DNA of 64,000 nucleotides from Schmidtea polychroa (Eukaryota): NCBI GenBank assembly GCA_044892525.1, contig CM097887.1, positions 15,128,001 to 15,192,000 of the forward strand, read 5' to 3'. Shown piece by piece: positions 52,180 to 64,000 of this stretch (position 1 is its first letter; each line of letters starts with the position of its first letter). The notes under the pieces were generated by a model. It saw only the letters and a program-made list of their open reading frames with translations, ran no database searches and was not told where the DNA came from. The position numbers and the translations under genes were made by a program.

Positions 52180-52380
52180 ATCAAAAATAAAACACAAAAA
52201 CTAATTCTATAGAAAATCAATATAAAGGTCAAAATCGATGAAACCTTTAGCAATACTGATTTTTTTTTGCAGATTCCACAAATAGCTAAAATGGAACATA
52301 TAATAGAAAAAATGAAAAATCCAGAAATAAATGATAATAAAGTGACGAGCTTGAAGCATTTCGACATTGTCAAAGTCACT
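52180..52380 (-). CDS. Hydrophobic exon, tetraspanin-like TM2-TM3
   Basis: ISGFFIFSIICSILAICGICKKKSVLLKVSSILTFILIF resembles tetraspanin FLGCCGA.KE..CLL. An AG acceptor lies at ~52382 and the exon runs into an N gap. Confidence 0.4.
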
Positions 52381-53699
52381 ATATAGAATGACAATGTAGA
52401 AAAGAAAATGAAATTAAAAATCTAAATCATATAGTTGTTAATTAAATAATAAATTTAAATAAATAAATGATATACCAGACTCAATATATGGAAAATTTTA
52501 AAATTTTCCTTCAAAGCAATTCGCATTTTCATTATAAATACCTTAAGTGGAAGAGATAGTTAATAAATATAGATAAACAAATTTATTCATTGTTTATGTC
52601 ANNNNNNNNNNNNNNNNNNNNNNNNNNNNNNNNNNNNNNNNNNNNNNNNNNNNNNNNNNNNNNNNNNNNNNNNNNNNNNNNNNNNNNNNNNNNNNNNNNN
52701 NNNNNNNNNNNNNNNNNNNNNNNNNNNNNNNNNNNNNNNNNNNNNNNNNNNNNNNNNNNNNNNNNNNNNNNNNNNNNNNNNNNNNNNNNNNNNNNNNNNN
52801 NNNNNNNNNNNNNNNNNNNNNNNNNNNNNNNNNNNNNNNNNNNNNNNNNNNNNNNNNNNNNNNATAGTAATAGTTAATGTTATGTTACTATTGAAGTATT
52901 AATATATTTTTGCGTGAAATTTTGTCTTAAAGAGAAATTGTAAAGCTCATTCTTCTTTGAAATGCCGCGATAGCTGGGATGCTTGTATGTACGTGTGTTA
53001 TTAAAAATAAAATAAAAGAAATTATATCAATAATAACTTGCAACCAAAAAAATTTCTATTAAAATATATAAAAACATTTATCAAATTCTCCCATTTGTGT
53101 TTTCTTCCTTGCTTCCATTCTTTTTCAATGTTCAGAAAACTTTATTATTTTTTACCATCAATTTAATTGAATGATTTTTGGTTTCTATAGTAAACCATTT
53201 ACTATAGATATCTTGTTTCTTTTCTTTTAAGCGAAATGGAAGGAGTAAAAATAAAATTTAATTGCCAATTTACTAGATAGATGTATGGACTCCACTCCAA
53301 CAGGAATCCTCAATTCTCAATATTTTTTAGTCAAATAAGAGATTGACAGGATATGACTGCATATCAGTTGAATTGATAATTATTTTCACGTCTGGTTTTC
53401 CAATTTTGGTATTTTATTCTTTAACTTTTTGACTCTACCGAAACCCTTTGGGTCTTTCGGATTAGTCAATATCTTTTCCATTACTACAAGATGATTTAAA
53501 ATTTAAAATAAGACTATGTAAATGAGTCCGAGGTAATTCACACATTATATATGATTATAATAAAACAACTCCACTTTTATGACTGCTCGCCTAATAATCC
53601 AGCTCTGCCTATTAAAAATATAATGCAAGTGGTAATTTATTTTTCAGTTAATTTTTTGTTCGTTCCGCAATCTGTCTAGAATTTTTTATAAACCTAATT

Positions 53700-56600
53700 C
53701 CGAAGGTTAACATAGCCTATAATCTAAAAAAAATCAATAAATTTATTTTATAGGAACACACAAACTTACTTGTGTGTAAAAATTTAATGCTTCGGAAGTT
53801 AACATATTTATTATAGGAATCTAGAAACTGAGAGAAAATAATTAAGCATACAAACACAGCACACATAATGAAAAATACATGCAAAATTAATGTAGTGTTT
53901 TTATCCCGAAATTAACATTGATTAACATATAATTAACATATTAATATTTTCAAATTATTTTAAAAGTTATGCACGAAAAAACGTTTGATTCAGAATCTGA
54001 CTGCTCTACATTGAGCTTCAGAGAAAAAGAAGAAAATACATCGTAAGATTTAATTATAAATAATTTAGAATATAAACTTTCTTTAGATTTACAGATATTT
54101 CTCAGGACACAGTGCAATTTTGCGAAGGTGAAAATCTGACAAAATATAAAATTTATTCATTAAAATATAAAACATTAAAATATTTTATAGTATAACAGAT
54201 ATTTCTTGGCAAACGCTGCATTTGTGTGAAGGTAGCATTTCAAATTTTGAAGAAGGTCCTTCGACAACTTTAAATTTGCAGAAAAAAAAATCGCAAATCG
54301 TAAATTTTAATAAGTTACTTTAACAAATTAATGTTTTCATAGAATTACAGAATATGACAAATTCGGCTTATTAATGCATTTGAAAATTGAGAAAATTATA
54401 AAGAATTTGGAAGATTACTCGTAACCTCCAAACATTCCATTATTTCAATAATTTACAAATATAAAAATTATGCAGAAATTAAAGAAAAGAAATGTGTTTG
54501 GTTATTACTTTATTTATTTATAATTATAAAATATTTAACTTACATTTTAACGAAATAATTCCAAATAAATGCATAAAATATCATAAAATTCCTAAAAAAA
54601 CACCTGAAATTTAATTATCAATGTTATATTATAAATGCTGACTAACAGTAATATTTAATAACTTGAATAATGATCTCATAATTATATAAAATCAAAATTC
54701 AAGTCTTAAAAGTTAAAATTCAATAACGTACCTTAAAACGATTTTTGAAAAATTGAAAAAATGAAATTAAGTTAACATTGTCATATAAATGGTGACTCAC
54801 CTCAACTGGTGTGCACACCAACGTATACACCTAATTCCGAAAGTTAAAAGTTTCTATAATCTAAAATAAATTGATAAAATTATACTATAGTAACACATAA
54901 ACTTACCTATGTGCAAAGATTTAATGTTCCGAAAGTTAAATGTTTTATTATATACTTAATTGCGAAAGTTAACGTTGTCTATAATATACGTTGATGTGCA
55001 CACCAGTTGAGATGAATCACCATTTATATGACAATGTCAACTTAATTTAATTTTTTCAATTTTTTCAAAATTCGTTTTAAGGTAAGTTTTTGAATTTAAG
55101 TAATTTTTAGGACTTGAATTTTGATTTTATATAATTATGAGATCATTATTCAAGTTCTTAAATATTACTGTTAGTCAGCATTTATAATATAACATATTAT
55201 AATTAAATTTTAAGTGTTTTTTAGGAATTTTATGACATTTTATTTGGATTTATTTGGATTTATTTCGTAAAAATTTAAGATAGATATTTTTATAATTATA
55301 AATAAATAAAGTAATCACCAAACATTTATTTTTTTAAGACATATAGGCATAAATGGATAAAATAATTTTTTAAGTTTTTGTAATCTTCTTTCGAATTTTG
55401 TCAGTTTCTGTAATTCTATGAAAATATTAATTTGTTAAAATAATTTATTAAAATTTACGATTTGCGATTTTATTCCTGCAAATTCAAAGATGTCGAAGGA
55501 CCTTCAATATCTGTAAATCTAAAGAAATTTTATATTCTAAATTATTTTATAATTAAATCTTACGATGTATTTTCTTCTTTTTCTCTGAAGCTGAAGATAG
55601 AACAGTCGGAATCTGATTCAAACGTTTTTTTGTGCATAACTTTTTAAATAATTTGAAAATATTAATATATTAATTATATGTTAATCAATGTTAATTTATG
55701 AAAAAAGACACTTTATTAATTTTGTATGTATTTTTCATTATGTGTGCTGTGTTTGTATGCTTAATTATTTTCTCTCAGTTTTTAGATTCCTATAATAAAT
55801 ATGTTAACTTTCGCAGCATTAAATTTTTACACACAGGTAAGTTTGTGTGTTCCTATAATATATATTTATTGATTTTTTTTAGATTATAGGCTATGTTAAC
55901 TTTTGCAATTAGGTGTAAGAATTGAGAAAGTGACAGAAAAATAATTTTACATACAAACACAGCACACATAATATAAAATACATGCAAAATTAATATAGCT
56001 TTTTTTATTCCGAGAGTTAAAAGTAATTAACATATTGTTAACATATCATTATTTTGAATATAGTACAATTCATGGCGGAAAAAAATTTGGATTTTCAATC
56101 GAACAACTCTACTTTGAACTTTCGAAAAGGACGACTAAACATCGTAAAATCTGTTTAAAAATATTTTTGAAATTATTATTTCTTTAGATTTTTAGATATT
56201 TCTCTGGAAACGCTACCTTTTTCGAAAATGAAGAATTGACAATGTAAGAATTTTTTCATTTAATTACAAATAATTAAAATATTTTAAAGTATATCAGATA
56301 TTTCTTGTCAAACGCCTTTGTGTGAAGATAGCATTTCTAATATTCAACAAGGTCCATCAACATTTGCAGAAAAAAATTCGAAAATCGTAAATTTTAATAA
56401 CTTGTATAACAAAAATAATAATTTCATAGAATTACATAAAATGACAAAATTCGCCATATAAATGTACTGGAGAAAAAAGATTACAAAAGACTTAAAAAAC
56501 TACTCTGCTTCTTTCTTAAATGTCTTAAAAAAATAAATGTGTTTGATGATTTCTTTATTTATTTATAGTTAAAAATATTAATCTAACCTTTTATCGAAAT

Positions 56601-56860
56601 AATTCCAAATAAATTCAAAGTCATAAAAATCCTAAAAAAACCTGAAAATTAATTAAAAATAATTTATAATCAAAATATTGACTACAAGTAACATATAAAA
56701 GCTTGAATAGTGATCTCATAATTTTATAAAATCAAAATTCAAATCTTAAAAGTTTTTTTAAATTAAAAAAACTTACTTGTAAAATTGAATAAATGAAATG
56801 AAGTAAATAACTTCACATTCTCATAAATGGTTAGTCATCAACTGATGAACACACCAACAT
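53700..56860. repeat. Inverted triplication (forward ~53700-54830, reverse ~54985-55905, forward ~55940-56860)
   Basis: Shared landmarks such as CATACAAACACAGCACACATAAT at ~53848 (+), ~55740 (-) and ~55950 (+). Confidence 0.85.
53969..54424 (+). pseudogene. Decayed four-exon gene; further broken copies at 55637-~55380 (-) and 56072-~56520 (+)
   Basis: MHEKTFDSESDCSTLSFREKEENTS|FTDISQDTVQFCEGENLT|ITDISWQTLHLCEGSISNFEEGPST..|ITEYDKFGLL...* with ~44-50 nt introns. Each copy has a lost donor, frameshift, stop or deletion. Confidence 0.5.
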
Positions 56861-58276
56861 GTATTATGGAGACTTTTAACATCTGGAATTAAGTGTATAA
56901 ATGAGAACATCAACGTGAAATCAAAGTATGTATGTTTCTATAATGTAAGATTATTGACCTTGCACGAGCACTGCCAACGTGATGCACAGGAGGCAAACTA
57001 CAAATAAGGCTGAAGTTTAGTGCCCCTTATCCTACATTATTTTCTTGCACGTTTTAATAATTCTAGCAATTTCAATAAATATATAATGAATTCTTACTTG
57101 TTATAAATATTTTATTTTTAAAATAAAAAAATCACTATAACTTTTTTTTCTTTTATTTTTTTATGAGTTAGGTATTTAAGGTAAAATTAAATTTTAACAA
57201 AATTCTGGGACAACAGCACATAAAATGGCAACCAGATATATAGATCTGAGTCAACAAAGTTGTTTTATGTATTATTGTCTCTCTTAAACCAGCCTTGTTA
57301 TAAATCTTGTTATCAAGTAGGTTTATTTCTATTGTCTTATAATTTTCTGCATGTTTGGTAAATAATCTTGCAAGTAAATTATTGATAAAATTAGTAGAGT
57401 TTATTTAATCTTTTGGTCAAACGAAATCTTATTAAGGTTATTCAATGTTAGGTTATGTTTACTTTTAAATTTAATTTCTTCCGTATTTTAAGTTGTACCC
57501 GTATGACATTCCTAAGTCTTGCTGGTACGACTTAAAAAATTACTTCTTGTTTTTACATATTTTCAACTGACGTTGCTTTCATTCTTATTGTAGGCCCTAA
57601 TTATGTCAACATAGTCAAAGTAAATTTGTAATAATGTTGGGGTTAGTACTAAATCAAAAAATAAAATAATATATAAATGGAAATTATAACAAATATTGTT
57701 AAAATCAATAAAAAGCTCAAAACAATAAAAACAGAAAATTAATTAAAATTTACTAAAAATCGAAAATCAATACGCCAAATGGAAAGACAAATTCAGAAAT
57801 TATAATGAAAATTTAATAAAGGGTTCACAGAGAAGGTTTTAACGAAAAAACAAATTAATTAAAGTTAATTAATCCGTAATGGGATGTCCTGAGCTAATGG
57901 AAACCGAAGCGCATTGAGACCCGATTTATTAGATAGTAAATCGAACTCACTCAAGCGCCAATCCTGAGTAAACAAATTAGAATAATTTAATAACGCTCAA
58001 AATATTTATCCAAGATTCACGAAAGTTAATTATTTGTAAAAATCCTGAATTCTGTAGAAAATTGCCTTCTCAGAAAAAATATAAAAAGACAGCTTAAAAA
58101 CAGTCAGTTGGTTGAAGAAATAAAAGAAAAATTTAAAAAAGAGTGAATTAGACAGTCAGCGATTAGAAATCGAAATGTAGTAATTGAGAGTAAATTTTAA
58201 CTTTCGTACAAGAAAAGGTGATTGCCCCTTGGGTTGTCTAGTAGACAATGTCTACCTTAACGAGAGTAGATGGATG

Positions 58277-58474
58277 GGGCACCGCTGGAACAAAGACATA
58301 TACACCCCTTCCCTCACAGTCGAAAAAATTTTTTTAATAATTTTTTGTAGAACAAAGACAATGACTCATCCGATGACTCATCAAAAAACAGGGCACCGCT
58401 GGAACAAAGACAATGTTAACTCATGGTTAAATATTGATATTTTCAAAAATAATGTCTTTGTTCCAGCAGTGCCC
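58277..58474. mobile_element. Small TIR element (MITE-like)
   Basis: GGGCACCGCTGGAACAAAGACA occurs at 58277 and 58391, with an inverted copy ending at 58474. Confidence 0.55.
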
Positions 58475-60644
58475 TACCTTTGGTCATGCAACAAGTTAAT
58501 GTTCCCATCATCCGATTTTATTAAACAATAGCTCATTTAAAACCTCAGTGCAAGATCCATTTAAGGATATATAAATATTATTATTATCATTAATATTGGG
58601 AAAGATATTAACGCCCGCGCGGAAGATGTTATTTTCAAAATTATTATTATTATTATTATTTGCTATTATTCATAAAACTTAATTTCTACGTCAATTTCAT
58701 GATTTTCAACATTTTTATCATTTGCATGAATATTTTAATAATTTTCAATATTTTTCAATATTTCTTTACTATTATTATTATTTTAAATTATTTTTTTACA
58801 GTTATTTTGTAAGTTCTTCATCTTATTATTATTATTAATATTTTAAAGTTATTTTCAAAGATATTTTCAAAGTATTATTTTCATAGAAACACTTCGAAGT
58901 TGACCTTTCACAGAGTGACCTTGGCATCCCACCAGATAATATTTGTGTATATTTATATATATGATAAAAAAGAATAAAAAACAGATCAAATCAAAAATGT
59001 TTTTATTATGATAAAACAATATTATTTTCCAGCTGGTTTTATGTTTGCTTTGCAATCTGTCTTGAATTTGTTAAAGCATTTATCAACACATGGCTTGTCA
59101 GTGGAGTTACACTTACAATCTAAATCGCACCATTTGACATTACTTGCCTTACCTTGCACGAGCACTGCCAACGTGATGCACAGGAGGACAAACTACATAT
59201 TACATTTACAATTACATATAAAAAAATGAATAGGAAAAACTTACTTTCAACATAATTCAATAAACTGTAGTCCCAACAAATATTTTTTATAGCAAATTGA
59301 CACGCGAATAAATCTTTTGATCTCTACTTCATAGTTTCTTTTAAGTTGCAAAGTGCCCTAGAATCAGAACAAATTTGAAGACATTTCTATTATTATTGAC
59401 GACGTCCTGAAAGTTAGCTAGTCGAAAATCCACGATTAACCTTCTTATCTATAATAGAAAATACCGTAATTTATGCCAACTCATTTTTACATTCCACATT
59501 TCATTGTCAATTAAAACAACTAAAACAACGTTAATGACAAATCTCATTTTATTCACAATTTAAATATATTTTTATTGGAAATAAATGTTATATATGTACC
59601 CTTGTGTAGGTGGTGTTTTATTTTCATCCGGACTAGATAATTATTAACCTTGAGGTCACTCGTATGCTGATCAGGCTGAAGTTTAGGGGCCCTTAATAAT
59701 TCTAGGAATTTCAATAAATATATTATGAATGTATAAATATTTTATTTTAAAGATAAAAAAATCATTACCAACGGTATTCATTCAAAAATTCAATTTTATT
59801 ATAAGCAATGTTTATTGTGTTGCGTTTGCTTTATTGTATATAAGTAAAACGCAAATCCAATATATAATGAACTTCAATATATTTCGACAGACTTATTGTC
59901 ATCATTGCGTAGAAATGAAATTCAAATTATATCGATTAAAATTATTAGATCTCAGATTCGATTACTGAATTATTTTGATATTATTAGGTTTTAATAAATA
60001 TTTTTATTCAATTAATTTTGCATGGAAATTTATTATATAGAAGAATTGTATTTCCCTTCTTAATGTCTGCCATAAACTACCTTTACATAATCCAAAATGA
60101 AAGCCTCGAGCTATCTATGTGTTTATTTTAATGGTNNNNNNNNNNNNNNNNNNNNNNNNNNNNNNNNNNNNNNNNNNNNNNNNNNNNNNNNNNNNNNNNN
60201 NNNNNNNNNNNNNNNNNNNNNNNNNNNNNNNNNNNNNNNNNNNNNNNNNNNNNNNNNNNNNNNNNNNNNNNNNNNNNNNNNNNNNNNNNNNNNNNNNNNN
60301 NNNNNNNNNNNNNNNNNNNNNNNNNNNNNNNNNNNNNNNNNTTATTGGATGCTTTATTTTTAAAATATTTTGAAATATTTTATTAAGCTTCTAGAAGCTA
60401 ATTATAGAAGCTTTATAAAAAATTTAAAAATTTTAGTTTGTGTCATTTTAGAATTTTAAATGGTATTTATTTATTTTATTTTTAATTTTAATTTTCAATA
60501 CAATTTTGAAAATATTTAATAAAAAAATTAAAAAATTCATAAAACGAAAGTATATATTATATTTATAACCAATGAGAATTAAGAGAGAGGAAATAAAAGA
60601 AAGATTGAAATGTATTTTCGGGAAGAACATTGCTATATTTCAGG

Positions 60645-60767
60645 AGATTGACAAGGACTATTTTATAGTCGAAATTTTTTCATTAAATACATTATTTGCA
60701 GCAAAAGGCTTAAATTATCATTTTATTGTTTTAAATAATAAATGCTGTGACCAAGAAATCATCACTT

Positions 60768-60850
<83 letters not shown>

Positions 60851-60970
60851 GTATAAAATGATGATTGCTTGGTAGCAGCATTTATTATTTAAAACAATAA
60901 AATGATAATTTAAGCCTTTTGCTGCAAATAATGTATTTAATGAAAGAATTTTCGACTATACGATAGTCCT
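60645..60970. repeat. Inverted pair of the dispersed AT-rich repeat around a (TAA)n microsatellite
   Basis: ~120-bp arms (60650-60768 vs 60852-60970) flank pure TAA repeats. Confidence 0.85.
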
Positions 60971-61217
60971 CCTCTCGTCCAAAAATCCTTCATGAAAAAT
61001 ATATATTTGGTCCGCAAATTTGACATAACCATTAGTGTTTAGAATGTTCAAAAAAATTAATTAATATTTTGTAATTAATCCTTTCCGTTAATGTTATTAT
61101 AAGATATAATAAGATGGAAAAATTATTTTTGAGGAAATTTTATTCCACAAAATACATGTAACGTAATCTCTCATATATAAACGACAGAAAGCATTATCTT
61201 TGTCATTCCATTTCACA

Positions 61218-62476
61218 ATGAATAAAGACAAGAAGCCATCTTTGATTGAACTTGCAAGTTCATTTTATAAATCCAATAATGTTTTTTCTAAATCAACAAT
61301 TTTCGATTTCGCCGAACGACTGAATAGCAGATATACGATATTTTTCCTATCAATTGCCATTGCAGTCGTCGCTCCAAATAATTATATAGATTCAAGAATA
61401 ACTTGTTTCCCAATAACAACGCCCAATCAAAAAGCCTCATTTTATGAACTCTTTGAAAGTTATTGTTATACAAATGGAACAATTGTTCTGCTACCGGAAG
61501 ACAAAACTCCAACTACAAAAACTGAATGGGACCAAGTGAGTAATCAAAGGAAAATAAGTAAGTACGATTTAATAACTGTTTCATTGAATTAATATATCAT
61601 TTTCTAGACTATTATCAATGGTTTCCATTGATTTTACTTTTTCAACTCGCTCTATTCAAAATCCCCAGCAGAATTTGGAATTATTTTTCACTTATTCAAT
61701 TAAACTGCAATATTGATAAATTGATTGAAAATTCTGAGAAAAATAAACAACAAATCGATCCATCTGATTATACAAAATCCATAAATGATATTGCAATGGA
61801 AATTCATCAAACAATTCATGATTCCAAAAATCGATTCAGTAAGTCGACTTGGTTTTCTCGATGCAAAAAACGCGTTTCAAATATTTTTTCACTATCGAGT
61901 AGAAAATTATGTTTGCTTTACACATTTGTGAAAATCTTATTTACAGTCAACGTAATTGGACAACTATTTGCAATGACTATTTTCATGTTCAATTCAAATT
62001 TGTTTCCATCATTTCCATTTTTTAATCGACCTGGTGAAGTAGATTTGATCTTTCCAAGAAATGTCATGTGCCATTTACCAGATGTTATTGGAAGTCGAGA
62101 TACAAATAGTTATACAGGTCAATGTATTCTCCATTTGAATATGTTCAATCAATTTGTATACATTCTCATTCATTATTGGTTCATCATTGTATCAATTATC
62201 CAATTATTATCAATTCCTTATTTTATTCAACAAACATTCACATTCAGATCACAATTCGATTTGATCAAACATTTGTTGAGAATATCGAAATCATACAACA
62301 AAGATGATAAAAAGATTGTTAAAGATTTTACCAGAGCTCATCTCGGTTGCGATGGATTATTTGTCATAAGGAAATTGAATGATAATGTTAATCATTGGAT
62401 AACCAGTGATATTGTAACTGTTATGTTCAACAATTACAGAAATACGCTTGTTTCAGCAACTATTGAAAGTTCATAA
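61218..62476 (+). CDS. inx: Innexin (gap junction protein), two exons 61218-61557 and 61608-62476, 402 aa
   Basis: DFAERLNSRYT, ITCF..YCY, a 50-nt GT..AG intron restoring the hallmark NYYQWFP, FPRNVMC and QCILHLNMFNQFVY..HYWF, and four hydrophobic helices. Confidence 0.95.
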
Positions 62477-62888
62477 ATTATCCTCAAACCGAAAATATGT
62501 TGTATAATTATGTTCAATCATAACCATAAATCATAACAAGAGTATAATTTTAACAAAGCACAATTATAATAACAAAAATAAATTATGTGTTGAGAAAACT
62601 TTGTTGGAATATTTTGTTTATATTGTTTAATTAAATTATATCAACCTAATTGAATTAGTTGAAATATGAATATAATTAAAATTTAATTTTCTAAGTGACT
62701 TCAAATATGTTAAGATAAAATATAATGAGCTATTTATTTACACAAATTTACTTTAATCACAGTCTCTGTAACACCAGGTGGAAATTCATCACATCTGAAA
62801 TTCACTCAATTATCAGCCTTATATATGCTGAGAAATGGTCCGAGATGAAATCCCAAGGACACAGCCAAAAACATAAATATCCACATTA

Positions 62889-63127
62889 TGTAGACATTGT
62901 CATGCGCATCCTGAAACGCAAGCACACATATTTAACCACTGCCCCACGAAATCCAATGCATGCATAAACAAATACAGAAATGTCTTTCAAGCTGTCTCTG
63001 ACTTCCTACTCGAGCACAAATATGACATCGACATTGAACAAACCCCAATTGGAGTTAACACTACTTTTATTCCTGACCTGCTAATAAAACCCCCCGAAAC
63101 AAGCTTATACACATTTTAGATATAAAG
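62889..63127 (+). mobile_element. Fragment of an R2/R4/NeSL-type non-LTR retrotransposon (CCHC finger plus restriction-like endonuclease)
   Basis: CRHCHAHPETQAHIFNHCP...V.DFLLEHKYDIDIE....FIPDLLI, frameshift, then ILDIK. This is the CCHC knuckle followed by the PD..D.K motif. Confidence 0.82.
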
Positions 63128-63297
63128 GCGATAGCATTACTGTCTTTAACCAGCATTACTGCCTTCAACCAACGAAGTTGGTTTTATTATCTAAATGTAG
63201 GTTTACTATAGTCATTCGTTTCCTCCGCTTTAGATTGACTGGATTTTTTATGTCTATATTGTCGTGGTAGCTGGAAGCTGGGTAATAATAATAAATT

Positions 63298-64000
63298 GTG
63301 CCATCCTCTGGGGTCCCGGGCTCTGGAGGGGGTAATGAAATTCTCAGACATTCTCAAGGAGACTATCGACCCAGTCTTGATGGAACCTCGCTTCAATTCA
63401 CCTCAACCAATTGCGGAGCTTCTTGCATCGGTACCACCAAGCGGGGGAATGGCATAATATCCCAGTCAAATATTATTACCCGCACCTTATGTACGGTAAC
63501 CCAGATCTTTGGTCTTGCATGGAAAGATTTTTATGGTGGAAACCAATATCCATGCACTATGAAATATTCAATATTCAGGTTGTTGGTGAAACGTCTCCAC
63601 AGAACTTTTCTGGATTACAAAACCAGGTTGAGATGTTGGTTTATAAAGATACCGCCAACATATTTGGACCATGTGCAATGCCAGAAAACAAGGCAAGAGC
63701 CTTCAAAGACTATTTCTTGAATGAAGCAAGTTTACATAATGGTTATGATAAAAATAATCAATTATCTAAATTGAAACCTCAAATGTTACCTAAAGCTGGA
63801 TGGATATATATTTGTGAAACTTGTCCAGAGGTCGAAATAGTTAATTGTAATACTGGAGAAAGTATTGAATATGATTATACCAGTTCGAAAGTAAAATATC
63901 CTCGATATATCGTAGAAATGTGGGATCAACATACTGATCTTGCTGATGATAACTTAAAAGATACAGATGAACTATATTGGAATCGTTTTGATTATTTTAA
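63298..64000 (+). CDS. Parvovirus-like capsid protein (putative endogenous viral element), incomplete at the window end
   Basis: Stop-free frame 63381-63998 (206 codons) containing GEWHNIPVKYY...WWKPISMHYEIFNIQVVGET...NQVEMLVYKD, comparable to the parvoviral W..RP..L.FKLFNIQVKEVT...VQVFTD jelly-roll segment. A Gly-rich GVPGSGGG lies just upstream in another frame. Confidence 0.65.

Noticed and set aside
56950-59200. Duplicated GC-rich 40-mer CCTTGCACGAGCACTGCCAACGTGATGCACAGGAGG (~56958 and ~59152) as a structured RNA
   Set aside because: No convincing ribozyme, tRNA or snoRNA motifs. It looks like part of a local duplication.
63440-63720. C-terminal part of listed ORF 63298-63720 as a protein
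   Set aside because: The capsid-like motifs lie in the overlapping frame starting at 63381. Only the Gly-rich start of the listed ORF is plausible.

Overview
Very AT-rich animal (invertebrate-type) genomic DNA with short (~45-110 nt) GT-AG introns, several N gaps and a heavy load of transposon debris. Clearly intact host genes: a two-exon innexin (61218-62476) and an intronless 426-aa orphan ORF (7820-9100). The main result, absent from the ORF track, is a dispersed tandem family of four three-exon genes (13639, 20915, 32238, 39037; + strand) encoding 56-58 aa secreted cysteine-rich peptides. They share near-identical introns and signal peptide but have a hypervariable mature exon around an invariant C-x2-CCNGC-x10-CL core, a toxin/effector-like evolutionary signature. 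Also present: a minimal type I hammerhead ribozyme (5746-5787), a parvovirus-like capsid ORF running off the window end next to an R2/NeSL-type endonuclease fragment, Hsp90 and actin pseudogenes, relics of Ty3/Gypsy, Polinton and Penelope elements, hAT/Tc1-mariner/piggyBac MITEs with TIRs and TSDs, a 3.8-kb foldback element, a duplicated tetraspanin-like exon pair and an inverted triplication holding a decayed four-exon gene. All family assignments come from motif recognition by eye; no database search was run.
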